NCBI GenBank assembly: GCA_030141605.1
Contig: JAQGDQ010000488.1
Span: 62,001-126,000 of the forward strand
Length of the DNA stretch: 64,000 nt
From: Tubiluchus corallicola
Lineage: Eukaryota; Animalia; Priapulida
Direction of reading: 5' to 3'
Part shown: in pieces, positions 55,385 to 64,000 of the stretch
Layout: the number at the start of each line of letters is the position of its first letter
How positions within the stretch are numbered: position 1 is the stretch's first letter
Notes under the pieces: generated by a model
Seen by the model: only the letters and a program-made list of their open reading frames with translations
The model's database searches: none
Told to the model about the DNA's origin: nothing
Position numbers and translations under genes: made by a program

Positions 55385-55837
55385 AATTTTTCATTAAAGG
55401 AAAATATCATGATTTTTCATAAAAGGAAAACATCATGATTTTTCATTAAAGGAAAACATAATGATTTTTCATTAAAGGAAAACATCATGATTTTCCATTA
55501 AAGGAAAACATCATGATTTTCCATTAAAGGAAAACATCATGATTTTCCATTTAATGGAAAACATCGTGATTTTCCATTAAAGGAAAACATCATGATTTTC
55601 CATTAAAGGAAAACATCGTGATTTTCCATTTAATGGAAAACATCATGATTTTTCATTAAAGGAAAACATCATGATTTTACATTAAAGGAAAACATCATGA
55701 TTTTCCATTAAAGGAAAACATCATGATTTTCCATTAAAGAAAAACATCATGATTTTCCATTAAAGGAAAACATCATGATTTTTCATTAAAGAAAACATCA
55801 TGATTTTTCATTAAAGGAAAACATCATGATTTTTCAT
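55385..55837. repeat. 26-bp minisatellite derived from a Kolobok-like terminus
   Basis: Unit TTTTCCATTAAAGGAAAACATCATGA. Confidence 0.92.
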
Positions 55838-56407
55838 ATCCGACCCATTTCAAAGTACGGTAAAAGTATACATTTTAAGGCCTATAATAATGCCAAAGCG
55901 TTTCTGGTAATCAAATAATAGGCTATGAAATTAATTAGCTGCAGGTTAGCCCAACCAGTGCTGACAACACAACTGAACATAATTTTCACCAGCACGAAAC
56001 ATTCCATGGGCGTGTTGCGCGTGTTGCAAAAGCGATAATTGAAGTGTTGTGCGTATCTGATATAAAAAAACTCGGCAGATTTAAAATTTAAATTCAAATT
56101 TCAAGTTTACCGTTATGTTTACGCACGAGCTTTCGAACGTGTGCACTACGTCACAACTGAACACCCCTGAACCGAGAGGTACAGCACCTGTTTTTGGGTA
56201 CGCGTTTTTGAGATGCAGGCGGTAGTATCCGTCTAGCTAGTGAGGCGAAATGCATGTAACAGTGAAAGACTAGCAGCGCGAGTGCGAAATTACGTTTTTG
56301 TGGTTGTAATTCTTTCACGCAAGTTATTCTTGAAAAGTCTATTTCACTGAATATTCTACTGCGTAGGTCGTTTAGAGCTATAGTTTAAAATTGGGTGTGG
56401 TTTTCCT
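55815..56407 (-). mobile_element. Kolobok-like MITE, inverted homolog of 47131-47735
   Basis: TTAA|AGGAAAAC...GTTTTCCT|TTAA; shared internal blocks such as AGAGGTACAGCACCT. Confidence 0.68.
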
Positions 56408-56511
56408 TTAATAGAGAGCTGGTATGCAATCTGGAGCTATAGTGAGTAGTTTGCAGTTTGCCTATGTATCTAATGCTCTGCAGCGAACAAAACGTGTTAG
56501 CAAAATTTAAT

Positions 56512-57003
56512 AGGTTTTACACGTCAAATGTAGACACAGGAAAGTTCAAATGTGACTTAGGTAAGTCAAATGTAGACATAAGAATTTTGAATGTGTTTTG
56601 GTAACTCAAATGTGACTTAGATAAGTCAAATGCAGATGCATTACTTTGAATAAATCGGTAATTAAGATATTTAAGTGCAAATTAGAAAAAGATAAACCAA
56701 AGATAGTGCATCTATTAGTAGACCTATAAAGTTATTATTTTCACAGCAATTATTAAATTGAAATTAAAGGAGATTAAATTTAACATCCTTAAACTTTACC
56801 ACCTATCCACATTTGAGATACCAATGTCACATTTGGCTTGACATGTGTCTACATTTGAGTTACCAAAACCGCTTAAGATTTGTTGAAAACCATTGTTAAC
56901 ACATTTGAACTACCTAAGTCTACATTTCAGTTACCAAGACACATTTGAACTACCTAAATCTACATTTGAGTTAACGCAGGTCTACATTTGACATGTAAAA
57001 CCT
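56512..57003 (-). mobile_element. MITE family A
   Basis: Both TIRs, AT flanks. Confidence 0.88.
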
Positions 57004-57889
57004 ATGTAAGCAAGTCAAAAAAAGTTATTAGATGCTATAATCAGATTTATCCTGTTTGCAAATTATCTACAGGCACAAGGAAACATTTCCTGTATTTTCA
57101 TCAGTTAATCTCACTCCTACAAACGTAAGTAACCTGATTCAAACAAGTTTTTAAATTTTGGATTTCCAATGTTACTTTTTCATTGTCTCAGAGTCTCAGA
57201 AAGATTGAACACTACGAAAGCGTATTACGACCATCATATCCGATTATAAAAAATCTGGATAGCAAAAAATCGAGTTATAACCAGATTTATCATCGTGGCC
57301 CTAATGTGCTTTCGTAGAATACTGTGTGCAAGTACAGTGTTTGTAAGCACGACGTATTTTGAAAGTGCTTTTTCATAATCTAAAAATGTATTTAACTCCT
57401 GCTGTTGATTAATTGCATTATTAACCTAAAGTGTTTTTATCATTTCATAACAATTTTGACCTGTATTTCACATAAAATCCAAATGCAATTTTTAGTTTAA
57501 TCAAGATTGACCTTATTTTGTTGCCTGCTAATTAAACTACATGTATATTCTTTTCTCTGGATTATATAGAAAATGTCATAATTTTAAAAATTACTATTGT
57601 TTCCTAAATTAAACTGATAACATTAATGCCCACCAGTGTCTAAAAATCTTTTTATCTACATTCGGTAAAGGATAGCAGACTAGGTGACTTTATAGTCTCT
57701 TCGCTATCCTTTCTCTAGTTCTAGATCTATCTATACATTTTAACCATTTTTCAAAACTTATTAGAGATTCTTTTATTAATCATGTTTTAGTGTAACACTA
57801 TAAAGAGATAAATAAATTGAAATTGAATTGAATTGAATTGAAAGTCCTAGAATGACTGTGAGAACAATGTAGTAGCAGAGGTTATTCAT

Positions 57890-58286
57890 TGTTTATGAAA
57901 ACCAATGTAAAAATTGGTCCTTGAAATGCGATAACCAAAGTGGTTATGCTTGGTGCGAGCTCATGTCTTTATGTTGTACTGAAGCATATCGCTAAGCAGC
58001 GGCCGACCAGCTAAGTGGGACTTGGCAATTGTTAGGTTATGTAGTTTGTACTAGAGAGAAAAGAATGATTTCATAAATGTGAAAATGGAAAAATTAGGTA
58101 TGTCAGTAAGAACAGGACAGCGCTAAAAAACAGTTTGCAGGAAGAGGGTCATGGGAGTAGGTTTACATATTGTAGTTTTAGTTTTTTGCGTGGTGATTAT
58201 ATTCTCATTTTTGCAGGAGTGTAATTACTAATTATAAAATAGTTTGTGTTAATGGAGAGAAATTTTGCATACGTATAGTTATAATA
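57890..58286. mobile_element. Second copy of the 42149-42547 repeat
   Basis: Direct alignment by eye. Confidence 0.6.
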
Positions 58287-58461
58287 TTTTCAAATTTGTT
58301 CACGTTTGCTTTTAGTCATGTTTACAAACACTTTCAGAGTCTTTCTGAGACTTTTTGACTAAACGTACGAATTCAAAATATTTTAAATGTACGAAGGAAA
58401 AAACTCGATCGTTCATTTAAAATTTACAAATTTGTTTAGATTCGCTTAGTTATGTTTTTAT

Positions 58462-59037
58462 AGGTTTTACACGTCAAATGTAGACACAGGAAAGTTCAAA
58501 TGTGAATTAGGTAAGTCAAATGTAGACATAGGAATTTCAAATGTGTTTTGGTAACTCAAATGTGACTTAGGTAAGTCAAATGTAGATGCATTACTTTAAA
58601 TAAATCGGTAATTAAGTTATTTAAGTGCAAATTAGAAGAAGATAAACCGAAGATAGTGCATCTATTAGTAGGCCTATAACGTTGTTATTTTAACTTAAGA
58701 GCAATTATTAAATTGAAATTAAGGAAGATTAAATTTAACATCCTTAAACTTTACCACCTATCCACATTTGAGATACCAATGTCACATTTGACTTGACATG
58801 TGTCGACATTTGACTTACCAAAAATGCTTAAGATTTGTTGAAAACCATTGTTAACACATTTGAACTACCTAAGTCTACATTTGAGTTACCAAGACACATT
58901 TGAACTAACTAAGTCTACATTTGAGTTAACAAGACACATTTGAGTTACCAAAACACATTCGAATTTCCTATGTCTACATTTGACTTACCTAAGTCACATT
59001 TGAACTTTCCTGTGTCTACATTTGACTTGTAAAACCT
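58462..59037 (-). mobile_element. MITE family A (both ends of the right-end type)
   Basis: Both TIRs, AT flanks. Confidence 0.85.
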
Positions 59038-59874
59038 ATATTACCGTGCTTGTATAGCGTTTTCAGAGCTTTTGTGTGACTTGTAGACAATGAAAATAGT
59101 AAATGACAATCAATTTTGATTGAAAGTGATGGTAAGGCAAGCACATAACTTAGAGCGTCTAATATTGTCTGTGCATCGCTGCTTCTGCGACGCATGTAGA
59201 GCTAAAAGTTACATGTTTGGCTTCGGGCAACCCTACACGAAGCCAATTTGCTAATGACTTTACAACATGTATTGACAATACATTATTAATTAATTTGATG
59301 GCTAATTAGCTCTCAACAGATCAAGAAGAAAACTTGACGCGTAAGCTGTCGCTGTTAGTTTCTCGAATGGAGTTCAGAATTGAACATGGGTCATTGAGTT
59401 GTGGCCTATTTGGGTGTGACTGTAATACCGACAAGAACTCACTGTTTTAGTTTTTGGAAAAAACGCCCTGTCGCCTCGTTAGCTTTTCAATAAATTTTGA
59501 ATATTTGCAATTTTGTGTATCATAACTCTATCATAACCCGTTGTTAGGTACAGGCTAAATTTTATTCTGGTAAATTTGGTACGAGGATATTTTGGTACTG
59601 AAAAAATGTGCTACTAGGAATTTTTGGTGCAGGGAGATTTTGGCACTGGGAAATTTGGGTATAGGCAAAATATGGTTCTGGGGAATGTAAAACTGGGGAA
59701 GTTTTGTCAAGCATTTTGGTAAAAATAAATCTCGCACTGTGTGAAAATGGTACGGAACAGATTTGGTGCTAGGAGTATTTAGTCCAAGGGGAGACCGCCA
59801 ACAGACTCGTGGAGTTGATTCCATATTTTTATTATTCTGTTTGAGAAAAAGTTTTTAAAACAATCAAAAAAACA

Positions 59875-60270
<396 letters not shown>

Positions 60271-61282
60271 AACGATGTGTTCTTTGAAAATACGTTTCAT
60301 GGTTTCATTCGTACAAAATTGCCTTTATGGACTAAACTTTATGGAGTAATTTTATCTAGACGTGTTGCTTTGCCTCAAAGCTCAACTAAAAAAAGCAAAT
60401 GCAAATACAATCGTTTACCAAGTTAGGATCTACAACCAGCATTTGAGTTAATAATTGTAAAACAATCTTTGCGGGGGGATTTAAAGCTCAGCTGAAACAA
60501 TTCCACGTCTCTCCATGCTCTTTGTCAACCACAAAAACGTCATTGTGAAATGAATTTATTGATAGCAACGCTGCAATTTGTAAGATTTAATTAGCATTGC
60601 ATGTAAAATATGCTTCATCATTGGGATCTAAGTTGGACTGCACCTGGTGCATGTTAAGCTCAAACTTATTAATTAAATTGATAAAAGAAACAAGAATTAT
60701 TTGTCGCTAATTAATTTGCTTCTGAAAAACGAAATGCAAGGCAAATCAAACCATCAGCAGAGAAGATATCTATCAGAAAATCTTGAACACGATTGGCCAA
60801 TTTGTGGAAAGTTTTTGTGTAATTCGTTGACAAGCTTCCTCAAATCTGTCGTCAGACATGCGTAGCAGGTGACAAACCACCCCACATATGAAGCCATAGA
60901 TCCTCAGCAGCATAGCTTTAAGATTTGAAGGCTCAGAGATGCTCAGGTGTGAAGCCACAAATGTTCGATCAGTCATTTATACATGCATGTATATATGATC
61001 TGATGCAGGTCACAGATGCCCAGATATACAGGTGCACCACGCTGTATGCCCATATATAGAAGTTACCTTTTAACTTCGCAGACCAGCATGTATTTAAATT
61101 CTGATCAAAAATAGTTGGACCTTCTAAACATCAACATTGGTAAACACGAATAATAACAATTTTTATTGAATATTTAGAATGCACTAACGGCAGTTTTTTA
61201 ACAAAAATGCCTAAAATAAAACACGTTCAAATTTAATGCAGATGTAGGCCTACGCATGTGTCACACGGATCATCTGTCTAAG

Positions 61283-61874
<592 letters not shown>

Positions 61875-62276
61875 GTATATATTTGTGAAGATCTTCATTG
61901 AAACTTATCTAGATCAAATTATGGTGCTACTCAAAATAAGTGATGTGAGTAAACCTAACATTTTTTCTAGAAAGTGCGTAAGTTTGAGTGGTAAACTAAT
62001 AATCACCAAACTTACCGATCTTATACAGTCAACGCAACATAGCAATACTTCTGCCCGAAAACCTTAATATAGCTGCCTTAGGAACTAATGATCTGTTGAA
62101 GTTGTTATTGTTCGGAAAAGATGAATTTAACTATGTTGCTAACTGTAAAATATTCCAATGCATACATGACTTTATATTACGTACTAAACGCTTCCAGTAG
62201 TTTCTATCTGATATGAAATGCATCAGTCTTAAATATTCGTATATTAATATTTTCTAACAGTCATTTTCTACTAATG

Positions 62277-62490
62277 TCTAGTGTAATCTTGTAGTAAAAC
62301 TTGTCAGCTTGTGTAGTTATAGTCAATTCTTACTGTAAATGTTACTAGTATCTAATGTAATCTTGTAGTAAAACTTGTCAGCTTGTGTAGTTATAGTCTA
62401 TTCTTACTTTAAATGTTACTAGTATCTAATTTAATCTTGTAGCAAAACTTGTCAGCTTGTGTAGTTATAGTCAATTTTTACTGTAAATGT
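62277..62490. repeat. 74-bp tandem repeat x3
   Basis: Units start at 62277, 62351, 62425. Confidence 0.9.
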
Positions 62491-62979
62491 TCGTGTAAAT
62501 AGTATATAAAGTCTGTTGCGGTGAGGATCCTAAATCATGTTGTTCAAACTGTCTGATCCAATCCTAAATAAATTATGTTTAAACTAAACTAACCTTTTCT
62601 TATGTTGAGTAGGTTTGCATTTTTACACTGCATTCTCAAGTTAAGGAACACATTGTACTCGTTTTATGTTTTATCATACTCAAATCTTAAGATGTACTCA
62701 TTTCAAGATAAATCTGCCACATTCCATGTTAGACAGTGGTCATGCAACTGTAGTCGCTTGGGGTTTAATGTACAGTTGCATCTGGGTTGTATAATATCAA
62801 TTTCACTATTTTGCATGTCCATAAACTTAATGCAGAAAGTTTCAGTGTAGATAATAAAAAGTTACCGCCTCTATAAATAGCTAATACCTTATTTAACAGA
62901 AGTCACTTACGTTTGATTAACTTGTAACAACTGCATAGCGAGTTTACAATTCGACTCGATTAAAACGTTTGTATAATAT

Positions 62980-63328
62980 TGTTACGGAGGCACCTGTGTC
63001 GGGTCAGGTGTAGGGCCCTCTACACGCCCTGCTTCCACGTCAGCAGCGACTCACCCCTTTCTTGTAGGTCCAGACGTCTTGTTTGGGCCTACACGTGGTG
63101 TGAGAAGCCAGCTGACCTGGAATGTCAGTATAAAAGTGCGTAGAGGTCACTACAGTCTTGATTTCTGACATAGGTGCTCCTCGGATGTAGTGCTGTTACT
63201 GAGTTAGTTGGCTATTTTTTGTGCACGTGTATTTTGGTTCCCTATTTTTATTAACACTGTTAATAAACTCCGTACAGTGTAGTTTTTGTGTATTTTATTT
63301 AATGAGAGTTAAATGACATGCTATAACA
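62980..63328 (+). mobile_element. Putative solo LTR
   Basis: TGTTA...TAACA termini, GC-rich U3-like part, TATAAAA about 63129, AATAAA about 63263; no clean TSD. Confidence 0.55.
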
Positions 63329-64000
63329 GGTATAAGGTACTAGTCTACAGACATTAACTTGGTTAATCAGCATAACATTTGTAATTAACATTAACATTTG
63401 TAGTTAATAATCAGTTACACAACGATAGTAAAATGGATCTTCATGATGCGCAATATGAAGACCGCCATGCCATCTTGGAGTTCGACCCCCTGAGTCGAAT
63501 TCGGTCCATTATCAATGGCTTTATTCTACATGTCCATAAACTTAGTGCAAAAAAGTTTCACTGCAGACAATAAAAAGTTAACGCTTCTATAAATAAACTT
63601 CTAACAAAGTTTTAAAAGCTGTACTGTTAAGTGAGGAAATGTCGATGAACACATGAACAGACAAAGATCTCTCTTTTACTGCCCGGTAAACAAAAAATTA
63701 GTCAGAAAATTTAAATTTTGCACTATATTTGTAAAAAATCAGATGTTTAGCTCTTTTTGCAGAAATATTTGTTGTACGGCGATATGAAGATACTTTTATT
63801 CTTACAGTTTGAGTGTATTTTACAATGTCTGTATGAGAAAATTGTTCAATTCAAAGGTAGACAAAAATTCAAAGCTTCAACAACTAACCTGAGAAAAACT
63901 TTAAAATTCCCAATCATTGAAGCACACAAAGAATATTTTACTCTGCTTTTTATATTTAAATACTTTAACAACATCAGCAAACCATTCTAGAATAACAGAT

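Noticed and set aside
60773-60976. 67-aa minus ORF (MTDRTFV...)
   Set aside because: No recognisable motif or convincing splice partners

Overview
AT-rich, repeat-dense animal (invertebrate-like) nuclear DNA with spliceosomal genes; nearly all long ORFs in the supplied track are microsatellite or satellite artefacts. By hand I could assemble three genes and one candidate gene start. (1) A complete 15-exon LIN9 gene (MuvB/DREAM core subunit, 575 aa) on the minus strand, 435-29105, with GT-AG introns and consistent phases. (2) A two-coding-exon type II membrane GT32 (DxD, A4GNT/A4GALT-like) glycosyltransferase on the minus strand, 32266-38781, 319 aa, with apparent substitutions at usually conserved motif residues. 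(3) A three-exon minus-strand gene at 50520-52341, not visible as a whole in the ORF track, encoding a Cys-rich protein ending in CxC-stop that resembles a very divergent cystine-knot (TGF-beta- or neurotrophin/Spaetzle-like) ligand. (4) A candidate TATA/bZIP promoter and non-coding first exon on the plus strand at about 41.1-41.4 kb. Mobile elements include a 5S-rRNA-headed SINE with an RTE-like body and 11-bp TSD, a tRNA-SINE, a solo LTR inside a satellite, hAT-like (8-bp and unusual 6-bp TSD), Tc1/pogo, piggyBac, Kolobok-like and AT-TSD MITEs, and LINE 3' fragments. Two satellites visibly arose from MITE parts, and one of them places about 24 consensus 5' splice sites in a LIN9 intron. There is one 357-N gap.
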